From the NCBI RefSeq assembly GCF_009914755.1, contig NC_060939.1: DNA of 64,000 nt; one strand, given 5' to 3'. Within the stretch, counting starts at the first letter, position 1. The number at the start of each line of letters is the position of its first letter. Made by a program: the position numbers and the translations under genes. Under the pieces are notes generated by a model. It was given only the letters and a program-made list of their open reading frames with translations, was not told the DNA's origin and ran no database searches. Positions 30,601-46,600 of this stretch are shown piece after piece. This stretch comes from the human T2T-CHM13v2.0 reference genome, Homo sapiens.

Positions 30601-31189
30601 TTCATATACATCAGTGATTCCTGATTCTTTTTCCTTCTCCAAAGGAGACATTCTTCCTGAAATCAGCCACCCTCTTTCTCTAACCTAGACTGGTAGCTCT
30701 CTAGGCCTACTACACAGCTCTAGGTTAGATGCCCTTATTTCTTGGATCACATGTCTTCCTTTTCTTTCCATACAGTTCTCTCATTTTGGTGTAGGGTCTA
30801 CTCCACCAACTTCCTAAGAAAGAGTGCATGGGAAGAAACATTTTGAGATTCTGCATGTTTAAAAATATCTTTTATTATCCTTACATTTTATCGATAGTTT
30901 GGCTGGATATAGGATTCTTGGTTGGAACCCATATCCTTTAAGTTTTGAAGGATTGCTCCATTGTTTTCCACTTCAAGCATGGCTGTTTAGAAGTCTCTAA
31001 TTCCTAATACTTCAGTGCACGCCCTGTAGAACTTTGAAACTCCAGAAACTTAGAATCTTCTTATGGCTGATTTCCTGTACCTTGGTATAGATTTTCTTTT
31101 ATTTATTGTGTGAAAACTCAGTGGTCTTTTCAACTTGAAAGTTTTATGTTTCATTTCTGGGAAAATTTCTTGCATTATTTCTTTGCTAA

Positions 31190-31525
<336 letters not shown>

Positions 31526-33158
31526 TTCTGATGGATTTTGAACCTAGACTGAGCTTCTAATTTGGAAAATACTTTTTCTCTGGCTGTTCATCTTTTTATG
31601 TTTTTTCCTGCTTCTTTGGAGACTTCCTTATTTTCTGGTCCTATTAGTTTTTTTGTTTCATCAATTATATTTTAAAATTTCAAGAGCTCTTTTTGGCTTT
31701 CTATATGTTTTGGTAGTGTCTTGTTTTTATTTCATGGATGCAATATCTTCTCATCTTTGTGAAATTATACTTTTTAAAAGATTTTTTTTTTGTTTCTAAC
31801 ATGGTCTCTGTTTTGTTTGAGGTTTTTCTGTATTTCAAGTTGGAGGCTTTCCTCAAATATGTAGTAATCTTGGGCTTTTTGTTCATATTTAAGATTGATG
31901 AATGAATATATCAGTGTATCACAATCTGGATCTAATCAAACAGAAGCTGAATACAAACTTCTGTGTGAGGAGTTTCAATTTGGGTGATTAGGTTGAGACC
32001 ACACTTTTCTGCTGGGAGATCCCAGCTTTTAATATTTATAAGTCTATTGTCCTGGGACAGTTAATTTCATGACACAGAATGAAATCATATATCCTCCGCA
32101 AACCTGGAGTGTATAACATGGTGCCCATTTTCAGAGGTTCACTGGAGAAGGGGGCTCAGTATCTTACTGTTCTGAGAATGTGTTTTCACTAAATCACTTT
32201 GTTTTTGTATGGCTGTGCCTGGTTGTCCCCATGTTCTATTTAACTTTGATTGAAACTGGTGTCTTCTCTGAGGGTTGGGCAATGGCAGTCACTTGGCTAT
32301 ACATATAGTAGGTAGGTTCTAAGGCACCCAGGGCACCTAAACTGCCTTTTATTTAGACTTTCAACCAATTCCCCTCTTTGCAGCCCCCGTGCACCCTCAT
32401 TTTCTGAGATAGCCAGTAACTCTAATTCTTGAGCCCTGCTAGGATTCTGTGGCACAAATTTTCTTCTGGCGTTTTGCTAGTTTGGGCAACTGTCTTTCAA
32501 TCATGTGCTTTCCAGATTGAAAAAAAAAATACTTGCTTTCCTTTCCTTCCTGTGCTCTTTCTTTGAGGGTTTATAACTTTCATCTATTTACTAGAATATT
32601 AGTAAGGCCTCTCGACAGAGAGAATGTAATTTATGTGTTCAACTGGCCATATTCTAAAATTAACTCAATAAATCCTCTAAAATACAACTTTCTTTTTCTT
32701 TTACACACTACACAAAGAATATGAGTAATACACTTCTAGGTAATGTCAGGGTTCTTCATTCATCACAAATTTTCATATTCCTTTTTCTCCAACAACCTTG
32801 TACTGTTTTTCATCATGAAGTATTTCAAATAAAACACTATGTATGCATGTCATATTTAGCAATCTTTCATTTATCTAGAAGTTTTTTTATCCAGTAACTG
32901 GAACTTTTAAAAATACAGTTGAGAGTCAACAGGAAATAAAAAAGACTTCTGAGATAATAAAATTGATGTCATTTATTTAAACACTTGCTCATCTAACATT
33001 TGAGTACCTAACACATACATAGTCAAGGGAGCAGACTGATGCTTTGCTCATCCTCAGGCTTTTGTCCAGACCCTAAAGATTCTAATTTCATAAAACTGTA
33101 ACAAGATGTGGTTTCTTGGTTTATAGAAACAGAAGGAATAATATAAAAAAGAAAAATG

Positions 33159-33553
<395 letters not shown>

Positions 33554-34246
33554 TTACCTCCTCATCTGCCCCAAGAAAATAAGCTCAATGTAAAGCAAAT
33601 CAGATATACAGTTTTACACTATTGTTATATTCTCTGCCTACAGCTGACCGGCAACTTTTGATTTTCTGTCTCACTGGGGGCTTTGTGCTTAATTTCACAA
33701 ACACCATTTTGTCAGTTGCTCATAAAGTAAACACAAATGGAGAAACTTCTATAACAATCTAGCAGTTACACAAAGAATCCTTGTGGCCCTGCACTAGGCA
33801 AATCTCCCTTGTCAGGCTTGCTGGGCCAAATCCTAGGATCTCAGGCCCAGGTCTAAAGGCCTTTACTCTACTGAACAGTCCTACTTTCTTACCATGATCT
33901 CCTATTTTCCAACAGTCTCACTGAGCCTCACATCCAGTTCAAGCACCGAAGCAAATTTTTTTCATAGAAAATTTCATTTTTTCATTTAGATTGGCCCTTT
34001 CATTGTTAAAAACAGTGTTTTTCGCTTGGAACCTTCGGTAAAAGATTTTTTGGTCTGTCTCAAAGGACATTTTATTCAAATGGTCCCAGAAATTCTCCTT
34101 GTCCCTTTGTATAGATTTTTCTTTTGCTGGGTTTAAGTTATTTTACAGGAATGTTGTAATAGAAAACCAATGCTTCATCTAGAAAAGAATTTCAAAATTG
34201 CCAGAATTAAGGTAAGGAGGGGCTCATCTTCAGTGAGACAAAATGA

Positions 34247-34500
<254 letters not shown>

Positions 34501-36015
34501 GACCTTCTTGTCTTAAAAATGAGATTTGACAAAAAGAAACTTCAAGGAGAAGGTATCTATACTGTAAATGACATTTTATTCAAAGCAGTATACTGCACTG
34601 CTGTCTTATGTCTAGTTAGGTATCACTGTTACTTGCCAGAGGTAAAATAGCTCACTTGTGAGCAGCCTGCTCTTTTGGGACACCTTTAATATGCATGAAA
34701 TATGCACTTATGTGAGTGAGTTCTGATATTTGCTTATAGAGCAACACTTGAGTTTGAACTTACTTTCAGCACAGCTGCTGGGCCAAGGGCCTGTCCTTTG
34801 GGCAATGTGTGCAAGCAACCTCCTCCCTTCCCCCACTCTGCTCTATTACACACCTGACTTACCTGAGTCTGGAACACATTCCATTCTGGGGTGGGTGGTC
34901 TGTGGAGGGGCAGGGGAAGGTTACCTTCCCAGCATGCATCAGTGTTTGTAACTACCACCTGCTGGTATGTACCAAGCCTGGCCTGGGAAAGAGAGCTATG
35001 TAGCTTTTGGTCCTTCTGAATCTCTCACCCCTCAGGCAGAAATCTAAAACCATGCTTTCTTTTCAAATGGATGAAAGGTATTTCCTTTAGAATATTTCTT
35101 TAGAATACACTAGAGTGGTCATTATCTTACTCTTATAATAGCAGCTTATTATACAGTGATTTCATGTACATAATCTTATTGTAAAATTTCCCATTCCCCT
35201 CAAAAGATATTTGACCTTTTAAAAATTTGTAGATATTTCATACAGTTTTAGATATAGAAAAAAATCTTAGAATCAAATCTTTTCATTTTATCTTTGGGGA
35301 AACCAAGGTCCAGAGGAGAAAAAGACTTCCTTGAGGATACAGAAATCATCAGGGCTGGAATAGATACTGGTGCCGATTCTCTAAACTTATTCCAAAATGA
35401 AACCCAATGTTTATAGGACCAAGCCCTGAATCAAAATGTTTTCAGCGAAGTTAAATTAAAAGTCATTATAACTTTTAAAAGCCAAGCATGTATTCTTTTT
35501 TCCCATTGCCAAAGTGGTTTCAAATACTTTCAACATTCTTGTTTGCAATACAGAAAGATGCTTTTATTAGTAATAGAAATCTATTGTTCTGTAATGTGAT
35601 TCCATGAGAGAGAAAATAAAATTAGTAATTACTGGTAATTCTGTACAACTATTTTTTAGTATTCTGAAGATAGGTTTACATATTTTCAAGCTGTACAGTG
35701 TATACAGAATGCTCAGAATATGAATTAGGTTCACTGAGAATCAATAAGAGATTGTTTAGAAAACTGTCAAGACAGTGTCAGAGTACAGAAAAAAAAGGCA
35801 AAAAACGTGGAAGGGCTCCAGCAGCAGACACAAGTTCTTATATTGTTGGCCTCATTTCCTATACGAAACAGTCACTAAACATGCAACAGTCTTTTTGCCA
35901 CTGATATTTATAAAACGTGTATGCCCATGTTATATTATGCATAAAAATAGAACTGATGAAAGGTATTTACCTCAACAATTTACATGGCTTGAAAATATAA
36001 AAGGAAATCACATAG

Positions 36016-36380
<365 letters not shown>

Positions 36381-36739
36381 TATTCTCCTTCTTTTTATGC
36401 CACAAACAATGTTATGACAATATTAAAGAAGACACTGCAATTAATCCTAAATATCATTACCCTTTCTAACATATTTATGCCTTTGAGCCTATATTTATGC
36501 AGCCAAAATCCTAACAAGATAAAATGTCAGCAAACTTTATAGTGTATGCCTTAGTGGTCATGATGCTTACAAAAGTCTTCGTTATACATGTTGAATCATA
36601 TACTTCCTCTGCTCAACACATTCCCTGGTATCTCATTTCCTGCAAACTAAAAGCTCCAAACCTCATGATGCCCAAGGAAGCCCTTCTGATCTATCCTCTA
36701 CATCCATTCCTCCCCAAATTAATATACTAAGTCAGTCTG

Positions 36740-37100
36740 TCTCTTGCTCGCATTCTGGTATTTCCTCTGCCTGGAATATCTTTCCCCCAGGTAACCTCAT
36801 GACTAATTTCTCCACTTCTTCTAGGTCTCTATTCAAATGTCATCTTATCCATAAGTTATGCCAGAGTGTCTTATTTAAAGTAATATTTCTCTCCCCAAAC
36901 CTATCTTCCCTTTCTTGCTTACTCAACTTTATTTTTCTTCCAGTGCAATAGTTACCTCCTGACATACTGTACATTATTTCCTCTCTCTCTCAGAATATAA
37001 GCTCCACGAGAGCGAGACTTTGTCTTGATCACTGCTACAATCCCAGTGCCCACACAACATCAGACATGTAGTAGATGTTCACTAAATATTTTTTAAATGC
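36740..37100. mobile_element. L2 3' fragment
   Basis: ttcctctgcctggaatatc...agaatataagctccacgagagcgagactttgtcttgatcactgct. Confidence 0.7.
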
Positions 37101-37190
37101 ATGTAGACACTGATTTTCACTAAAAAAAATTCACCAAACCAATAATTGGGATATTTAGAAGGTCCAAGTTAAAGAGAAAACCAGCATTAA

Positions 37191-37243
37191 ATATCTATCT
37201 ATCTATCTATATATACATGTATATATAGATATAGATATATATA
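37191..37243. repeat. (TATC)n/(TA)n simple repeat
   Basis: Direct reading. Confidence 0.8.
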
Positions 37244-37614
37244 GTATTTAGTCATCCTGGGCAAAGGTGTAAAGTGAATTAAAGGAAGAAAGGAATTTTG
37301 CACGCAAAATCCTTCTCTATGCAATATCCTACGTGTTCACCTCTTACTCCTGCTTCAGTTACTGTAGTCTATGAGGTACATCTTTTCTTTTCCCCACCCC
37401 CCAAAATAAGTTATGTGCCTCACTGTAATTCCCAAACACCTTGTACATGCTGTGCTTTACTGCAGCACTCATTATACTACATTTTAAATGTCTCTTACTG
37501 GTTTGTCCTACTAAACTGTGAGTTACAATTTGTCTCTGTAGTTCCAGTGCCTAAATATTTGTCCAATGAAAGAATGGGTAGGTTTTAGAGGCATTTACAT
37601 AGCAACTTTGGTGT

Positions 37615-38040
37615 GTTGGGAGCACTGTCCTGGGAGGCCTGAGTCTCTCTCATTCTATCTCACCTGCTGCTACCAGCATGACTTGTGAGTATCCAGTTCC
37701 TTATGTATAAAATGAGGACATTCAGCTTTAATTAATATTTACTGAGAGTCCACTGTAAGATGGCAAGCTAGGTCCCCTTATACATATTTATCCATTAAAT
37801 GTTTATAGCTACCCTCCAGTATATCTATTATTATGCCTATTATGCAAATGAGAAAACAGAGGCTCAGAAAGGTTAAGCAACTTACACAAGATCTTGAAGT
37901 CAGCAAATAATGTAGCAGCTTCTCAAATTCAAAACATCTGACTCCATGTTAGGTGATATACCCTAACACCATTATATCTTTCCTAGTATAAGGATGGACT
38001 CAATCTCTGAGACCTCTTTTAAGTCTCAGATTCTGTAGGT
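37615..38040. mobile_element. MIR fragments in both orientations
   Basis: atgagaaaacagaggctcagaaaggttaagcaactt and cagttccttatgtataaaatgagg cores. Confidence 0.6.
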
Positions 38041-38345
38041 CTTTATTTATGAGTATGAAGTTATTCAAGTAATCTCATCTATCTGGAATACAGGCAAAAA
38101 CCAGGAAATAATTTAAAAAACCAGTGAAAAAGGTGGTGGGGGCATGTGTATTGATGCAAATGAGAAGACAGATAAACAGCGAAAGTTGGGGTAAAAAACA
38201 CCACCACTGAGGGAATCACCTTCTAAAAATAATGATAGATGGTGGACCTTGATGAATGGAGAAAATCAGAGACTCCCAGAGTTGGAAAGCCTAAAGTTGA
38301 TTATCTAGTTCATCCTCCCAAACAGTGCAGGGGCTCCTTAATATA

Positions 38346-39620
38346 AGAGGTCTTCAAAATGTTTGTGAAAAATGTGTATTTTGAAAAAACTATGCATGGA
38401 TTTCAATTATTTTTGCACCAAAATAAACTTACACCAACTTGTTATAACATGTCTGAAGAGGCTCTAGTTGGAAGCACAAAGAAAGATAAGACATCCATTT
38501 GAAAAGATCCCCTTTAAGAGCAAGACGAATTCTGCTAACATTGAAGCAAGAACAAACATCAAATTTATGGTGAAGCTTGGGTGGAAGAATTGTGAAATCA
38601 CTGGTGTTTTACAAAAAGTTTATGGGGACAATGGCCCAAGGAAATCAGCAGTTTACAAACGGATAACTTGTTTTAAGAAGGGACAACATGATGTTGAAGA
38701 TGAAGCCTGCACCAGCAGACCATCTACATCAATTTACAAGGAAAGAATTCATTTTGTGCTCTAATTGAAGGTGACTGATGATTAATAGCAGAAACAACAG
38801 CTAACACCACAGACTTCTCAACTGGTAGCTTATACAATTCTGACTGAAAAATTAAAGTTGTGCAAACTTTCCACTTGATGAGTGCCGAAACCATTGTGTC
38901 CAGCTCAGCGGCAGACAAGAGCACAGCTTTCAATGGAAATTTTAAACAAGGGGGATTAAGATCCTGAAGCACTTCTTGGAAGAACTGCAATAGGACATGG
39001 CTTTACCAGTATGATTCTGAAGACAAAGCACAATCAAAGCAATGGCTACCAAGAGGTGGAAATAGCCCAGTCAAAGCAAATGCGGACCAGTCAAGAGCAA
39101 AGATCATGGCAACATTTTGGGATGCTCAAGGCATTTTGCTTTTTGACTTTCTGGAGGGTGAAAGAATGATAACATCTGCTCATTATGAGTGCGTTTTGAG
39201 AAGGTTAGCCAGAGCATGAGCAGAGTAACACCTGGGAAAGCTTCACCAGAGGGTCCTTTTCCACCACAGCAATACTCCTGCTTATTCTCATCAAATGTAG
39301 GCAACTTTTCAAGAGTTTTGATGGGAAATCATTGGGCATCCACCTTTCAGTCCTGATTTGTCTCCTTCTGACTTCTTGTTTCCTAATCTTAAAAAATCTG
39401 TAAAGGGCCCCATTTTTCTTCAGTTAATAATGTAAAAAAGATTGCATTGACATGGTTAAATTCCCAGGACCCTTAGTTTTTTAGGGATGAATTAGGTGGC
39501 TGGTAGTACCACTTATAAAAGTGTCTTGAACTTGATGGAACTTAAGTTAAAAAAATAAAGTTCACATTTTTTATGTTCATTATGTAATTCAGTTTTTCCA
39601 CAAGTTTTCCCTCTCTCCTC
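38346..39620 (+). mobile_element. HSMAR2 mariner DNA transposon, near full length, dead transposase
   Basis: ORF 38468..38764 contains NSANIEARTNIKFMVKLGWKNCEITGVLQKVYGDN (Hsmar2 N-terminus; start codon reads ACG); later degenerate HPPFSPDLSPSDF motif; left TIR gaggtcttcaaaa. Confidence 0.9.
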
Positions 39621-39669
39621 ACTGCTGTAAACTAATCTTTCCCATTTTTAAATAAAATTTTGTTATTTC

Positions 39670-41080
39670 AGAACCATTTATGTTTAATCTAATTACCTAT
39701 GTGTTAGGGCTTAAGTCCAACAATTTACCTTTTGTTTATTCTGTTTGTGGTCTGCTCTGCTTCTTGAACCCACACATTTACATCTTTTGCCAAATTTGGG
39801 ACCATTTCAGCTACTATTTCTTCAAATACTTTTTCATCCCTGTCTTTTTTCTACTTCCATGAATCTGATGACACGAATGTTAGATCCCATGAGTCTGGTG
39901 ACATGAATGTTAGATTTCTTGTTATGGCTCCATCAGTCCTTAGGTTCTGGTCACTTAAAACATTTTGGTCTGTTTTCTCTGTTGTTCTTCAGATTGGGTA
40001 ATTTTGATCATTCTAACTTCAAATTCATTGATTCTTTCATCCTTTCTCCCCATTCAGTCATTGGAGCACATTCATTGACTTTTAAAATTTTGGATTATTA
40101 TAGTTTTCAATTATAGCATTTCACTTGGTTATTCTTTATATCTTCTATTTTATTTCAATAGCTTTAGGGATCAAAGTGGTTTCTGGTCACATGGATGAAC
40201 TGTATAGTGGTGAAGTCTGGGATTTTTGTGCACCTGTCACCCGAATAGTGTACACTGTACCCATTTCATCCTTTACCCTATTCTCACCTTTTCTCCTCCT
40301 GAGTCTCCATTGTTCATTATACCACTCTGTATGCCTTTGCATACCCATAGCTTAGTTTCCACTTGTAAGTGAGAAAATATATCTTCTATTTCTTTGCCGA
40401 GACTACTTTTTCATTTGCTTTAAGCATATTTGTAATTGCATGTTGAAGCATTTTTATGGTGGCTGCTTTAAAATCCATGTAAGAATTGTAACATCTGTTG
40501 TCTTTTCTCATTCAGGTTGAGATTTTCCTGGTTCTTTCTATGATGAGTGATTTTTAAATTATATTCTGGAAACTTTGTGTATGATAAGACTGTATCTTAT
40601 TGAAATCTTGTTTTAGAAGACCTCCTCTGACACTGTTCTGATGGGGGGCAGGGAGTGTCACCTCATTACTGTCAGCTGGGGGTGAAGGCTGCCTCATTAT
40701 CAGGTGAGGGCAGGAATTCAGGCTTCTGAGTTAGCCACCTGGAGATGGCATGTTACTGATATCACCACCTGGAGATGGCATGTTACTTGGTTTCCACAGG
40801 AGGGGTTTCCACATGAGGGGATGGGATAGGGCTTGTTACCACAGGAAGCTGGTGAGTCCTGGCATCTCACTTGGCCCCTTCTGGCACCATCCTGGTGACT
40901 GGGGAAGGAGAATCTCACTATCTCTCAGTAGGGGTAAAAAATCAGGCTTCCAATACAGTCTCCATGCACCCCGGGTGGAGGTGCATCATTACTGCTGGAT
41001 GAGGATTAAAATCTCGATTTCCCACTCAGCCTTCTCTAACACCACCAAGGGATGGCGAGAGGGGCGTTGCATGAGTGCTT
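39670..41080 (-). mobile_element. Old L1M 5' region
   Basis: T-rich degenerate ORF1/5'UTR-like sequence. Confidence 0.55.
40151..40377 (-). mobile_element. Short 5'-truncated L1PB-type 3' end
   Basis: Flanked by 14-bp TSD tatatcttctattt (40137-40150, 40378-40391). Confidence 0.8.
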
Positions 41081-41179
41081 AACCCTTTCTTAAGACCTCT
41101 GATTCTTCCAGAGGTAATATCCACTCTTACTGCACAGGGAATTTTCTTGTAGAAATAGTGGTAGAAGGGGCAGTAGTGA

Positions 41180-41410
41180 TAATAGTAATAGCAGCTAACA
41201 TTTAGTGGGCACTTAATGTGAGGTTCCATGATAACAGCTCATCTGGATCATTTCACTTAATCGACACAACACTCTCACAAATCATAAATATTGTTATTCC
41301 TATATTCAGACAAGAAAACTAGGGTTCAGAGAGGTTAAATCACATCAGGGTCAGGATTTCAATCCAGGCTGTCTCACTTCTGAGCCTGAGTCTTTAACTA
41401 TTGTAGTATA
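41180..41410. mobile_element. MIR
   Basis: gaaaactagggttcagagaggttaaat core. Confidence 0.7.
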
Positions 41411-41951
41411 CAATACTGAAAATTAATCAAGGTGACACGTGAAAGTGCTCAAAAATTATAAAGCACTAAACAAGCGTGATGGAAGTTTTATTACTATTTC
41501 CAGGGCACTGCAACAAGTGATCATGATTAGATAAATGAAAATCCAGGCTTCAACTGGTGCTAATGAATCATTTAAACATTGTTTCTCATTGCAATAGCTG
41601 CCCAAAGGACATGTTTCATAGCAAAAGCTGCACAAGAACCTGGGGAAGTTTTAGAGGTAGAGCTTTAGTGAAATACAAGTATCTATTATTTTCTCATAGG
41701 TTGTTTTTGCACATATAGGGAACTGAAATTTCCTTTAATCTCTTCAGGCAAGCTCAATAGAAACTTATAAGGACAGATGTGTTATGGATAATCACTAAGC
41801 TTTGCTATCCACTTTATAGGATGGAGATTAACATTCTGGAGAACCCCCTACAGTTTAAAGAGGCAGTTATGTGCATATCCTGAAGTAGACAAATTCATAT
41901 GAAAAAGGAAATGTATGTCATCCATAATCTCATAATACTGTGAAATATATA

Positions 41952-42237
41952 CAGACAGTCCCCAACTTGCCATGGTTCAACTTATGATTTTTTGACTTTA
42001 TCATGGTGTGAAAGAGATACGCGTTCAATAGAAACCATACTTCGAGTACCTATACATCCATTCCCTGTTTCACTTTCAGTACATGATTCAATAAATTACA
42101 TGAGACGTTCAACACTTCATTGTACAACAGACTCTGTTTTAGCTAATTCTGCCCAACTATAAGCTAATGTCAGTGTTTTGAGCACATTTAAGGTGGACTA
42201 CGCTAAGCCATGATGTTTGTTAGGTCTGGTGTATTAA
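41952..42237. mobile_element. Tigger5/MER47-like DNA transposon fragment
   Basis: ta-cagacagtccccaactt start; ttcaataaattacatgag motif. Confidence 0.7.
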
Positions 42238-42840
42238 GGGCTGAAGGTTAAGCTGATCACCAATGGCTAATGATTTAATTGATCATGCCTATGGAATGAA
42301 GCTTCCATAAAAACCCAATAGGATAGGGTTTGAAGAGCTTCAGGAGCATGAAACACATGGAGGTTCTTGGAGGGTGGTGCACCTGGAGAGGGTAATCCAT
42401 GCTTCTTTTCCTCATCCTATAAATCTCTTCATCTGTATCCTTTGTAACATCCTTTGTGATAAACTGGTAAATGTAAGTGTTTCCTTGAGTTCTGTAAGCC
42501 ACTCTAGCAAATTCATCAAACCCAAGGAAAGGGTCATGGGGAACTCTGATTTATAGTCATTTGGTCAGAAGCACAGGTAAAACAACCTGAGACTTCTGAT
42601 TGGCATCTGAAGTGGTGGACAGTCTTGTGGGACTGAGCTCTAAACCTGTGGGTATGATGCTACCTTCAAGTAGTCAGAATTGAATTGAAGTAGAGGCTCC
42701 CAGCAGGTGTTTGCTGCTGAAGGACTACTTGGCTTGGTGTGTGTGTCGGAAGACCCCTAAACATCTGAGGTCACAAACTCATTTTGTGTTGTGAAAGTAT
42801 AGCTGAAACTGAGTTTGTTATTCCTATATTCTTAGACACC
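42238..42840 (+). mobile_element. MER21-like LTR
   Basis: atcaccaatggctaatgatttaattgatcatgcctat...gtaagtgtttccttgagttctgt...ttggcatctgaagtgg. Confidence 0.7.
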
Positions 42841-42894
42841 TATCTCTGAAATAATATTATTATCTGAACTACAAAACACATTAGCTTACAACAA

Positions 42895-44090
42895 TTGCTT
42901 TCATTCATTGAACATTTTTTGAATACTATGTCCTCGACTCTGTGATAAACTCAACAGGTGAAGAGGAAAAACATGGTCTTGCCTCCCAGAGTTCACAGGT
43001 AAGTAAAATGTAATTCGAATTCCAGGTGATAAGTAAACTCATGGTCTTATGAGGACAGGTGCAAAGTGCAGTGCCTGGGGAAGGTAACCCCTGAGCTGAG
43101 TCTCACAGAAAGAGGAAAAACTTAGCCTGCTGGGATGGTGGTGATGTTGGGTAGTGAAGAGGACACATGAGGAAACAGCATGAAAGAAGACAGAAGAGAG
43201 TATGTGTGTTCAGGAAGCTGCAGGTTGCTGGAGATAGTTGGACTAGTGGTGTATGAGACTGTCAGATCACACAGGCCCTGCTATACTGAGGGGTTTAGCT
43301 CTCAATTCTGAGCATAAGGGGTAAGACAATGAAGGATTCTAAGCTAGAAGTGACATGAAAAGTTTTCATTTTTTGAAAAATGACTCATCACAATATGTAG
43401 GCTGCTATGGGAAGGGTTACAATTAACAGCAGGGAAGGAGGCTATTATATTACTTAGAAATGAAAGATGATGGGAAATGGAGAATAATCTAATTGACTGC
43501 ATATTTAGGGAAAGGGGGAAAGAAGAGTGAAGGGAGGGATGGTTTAACTTTCCTAGGTTTCTGGCTTATATGGTAGAGTTGTTTACCAGGATGGGGAATG
43601 CAGTGGGGGAAGCCGATTTTGAGGGAGTATATGCCCAGTTCTGGGCATGCTAAGTTTCAGGGTTTGAAGATGCTGACTTGGGACCATCGGTGTATGAGAA
43701 AACAGCTGAAACAAACGGCATGCTGTTTGTTGAAACAAACAAACACAGAAACCCTGTTTATGAAGATTGTACAGTTTGGTAGGAGAAGGGGAGGAAGAAA
43801 ACTAAAAAGGTATTCTGAGACATATCAACATTTGCAAAATGGCCTAGCAGGAGGAAAGTCCAGAGGGAGATTTTCTACAAACCAAAGGAGGGGAGACTTT
43901 CAACTTAGAATCTACTGGTGATCTTGGTGAAAGAACTGAGTGGCATGGTGGTAGAAAAAACCGAACTGAGTGGGTGAATAGTGAATCTGCAGTGTGGAAA
44001 TGAAAAGAATGGATGCAGACAGCTCTTTAAGAGGTTTGGTTGTGACAGGAAAGGGTGATAAGTATTACCAGAAGCCAGTGAGTTATCATC
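42895..44090. mobile_element. L2 fragment
   Basis: tcattcattgaacatttttt terminus followed by long purine-rich L2-like sequence. Confidence 0.65.
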
Positions 44091-45072
44091 TCTCTTCTAC
44101 TGGACAGCACTTAGTGACGTAACACAACAAAGCTTGATAATGCTGACACTTGACAAATGATGGCATAATTTTTGGCAAAGTTTGGACAGAAGCACACACA
44201 GGAATGAAAAATACAAACGTGAGTCTTGGGATGGGTAATCTGATCCAACATAGAATCCAGATATTACCAAGTTATTCATAGGCAGCAACAAATGGTCTTC
44301 AAAATAATATCATTTATTTTTCTATAAAGGCCTATCAAATATCTACTAAACCATATGTGAAATACATGATTTTAGAAAAAGTTTTGGTCTTACTCTTCCA
44401 CAATATTCATTTGGGGGAACATATCTCCATAACTGACATTTCTTATTTCATGTAGTAAATCTCAAAGGAGGAAAGAGCATATGTAATTTTAAACATGTAC
44501 TCTACAGATTTTGATCTGTATTCTATACCTTAGATGAAAGTCTTTGCCCTAGAAAGTCTCTCTGGGGAAGCAATTCAGCTTAATTCAGTAAATATTGGCT
44601 TAAGGTGTGGAGGCATAAATACTGAATTTTAGTATGGCTTCCCCACTAACTTTGTATGTGGCCTTGTATGAATGATTTAATCCCTTTGAGTCTGTTTTCT
44701 CAACTGTAACTTGAAATAGTTATATGAGATAATCTTTAAGGTTTACAGCTCTTGATATTCTATAATTCTATGACAAGTGGGTACAAGGTTGCTTAATTGG
44801 CCCTTATTTCCCTCTATCTGGTGATTTTCAAGGGCATGTATAAAGTTTTCCTCCACGCCTCTTGCACCAGCACTTACCAACTTGTTTCCTCAAATCTCCC
44901 TCTGCCTAATTCCTACTGAGGTTTGGCTATCAATACCACTTCCTTAATGAAACTTTCTCCAACTTTCCTTTTAAAGGAATCTCTCCCTCCTCTGACCTCT
45001 TGGAACAGCTGATCTTTACTTTGCTTATGACACTTTGTTTTTAACATCCATGTCTTATCTATTCTATTAGAC

Positions 45073-45277
45073 CAGAAGTTGGCGATTATTTTTTTCTGTC
45101 AAGGGCCAGACAGTAAATATTTTATGCTTTGCAGGTTATACAGTCTCCATCACAACTACTCAGTTCTACTGTTGTAAGAAGAAAGCAGCCTTATGTAAAC
45201 AAATGCTGTATTTTAATACAACTTTATTTATAAACAGGTAGTGATTTGGCCTGTGGATCTGAATCTGCTAACCCCTG
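45073..45277. mobile_element. MER58A-like hAT-Charlie MITE
   Basis: aagggccagacagtaaatatttt...caactactcagttctactg...gctaacccctg. Confidence 0.8.
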
Positions 45278-45669
45278 TGCTACACTGTATCTTGAGAGCA
45301 AGCTCCACACCATATTGTCTCTGTATTCCTTGTGATGTCTACTATAGCATATTCTTGTCTGAAAAGGGCACTCAAAAGTGGAAGAAAGTGAATTAAATTA
45401 CGTTCACTTAAAATATAAGGAAAGCAAATCAATAGCTTTTTTCTTGATGTTATACATATCAAGACACTGAATTAAGAAGGTAGCAGTGTAGTCTGAAAGA
45501 ACAGATACAAAATTCTATGAAGATGGCGTATTCCTTAAGCTCTCCGGCTTATTTATTCCCCTCAATAATTCAGTTACTGTCTTTACATTGCTGCCTTTTG
45601 GAAAGAGTATTTTTTTCCCTTCTAAATCTAGTACAATGAAGTATAAGATGAAGTATATCCTTTACCTAG

Positions 45670-46013
<344 letters not shown>

Positions 46014-46029
46014 TGTAAACACATATTTA

Positions 46030-46600
46030 AAAAATACATTTTATTGTAAAATGCACCCATTTGAAGTGTACACTTGGATTAATTTTGACATATACGCGTC
46101 TATGTAAGAACCATCATAATCAAGATACAGAACACTTTGATCATCTCCAAAAGTTTCCTTGTGCCCCTTTGAAGTCAATGTTCCCTTTTGCCCCTGTGGG
46201 CATAGGCAATCACTGATCTGCTTTGTATTATAAATGACTTTGCATTTTCTAGAATTTCAAATAACTGCAATCACACAGTAGGTAGATTTTTGAATCTGGC
46301 TTTCTGCAGTATGAATAATGTTTCCATGAATTCTGAATAATTCATCCATGTTGTATCAATAGTTCATTCCTTTTTATTGCTAAATATTCCACTATGAATA
46401 TGCCTCAATTTATCAGTTCACCTGTTCGTGGACATGTGTGTTATTTAGGGATTTTACTTATAAATAAGGATGCTAAGATCATTCCTGTACAAGTCTTTTT
46501 GTAGAGAAATGTTTTTCATTTTTCTTGGAGAAATAGCTAGGAGTGGGATTGCTGGGATGTAGGGTAAGTGTATGTTTATAAGAAACTGCCAAACTTAAAG
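46030..46600 (-). mobile_element. L1MB/ME-type 3' end
   Basis: L1 3'UTR-like sequence. Confidence 0.65.
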
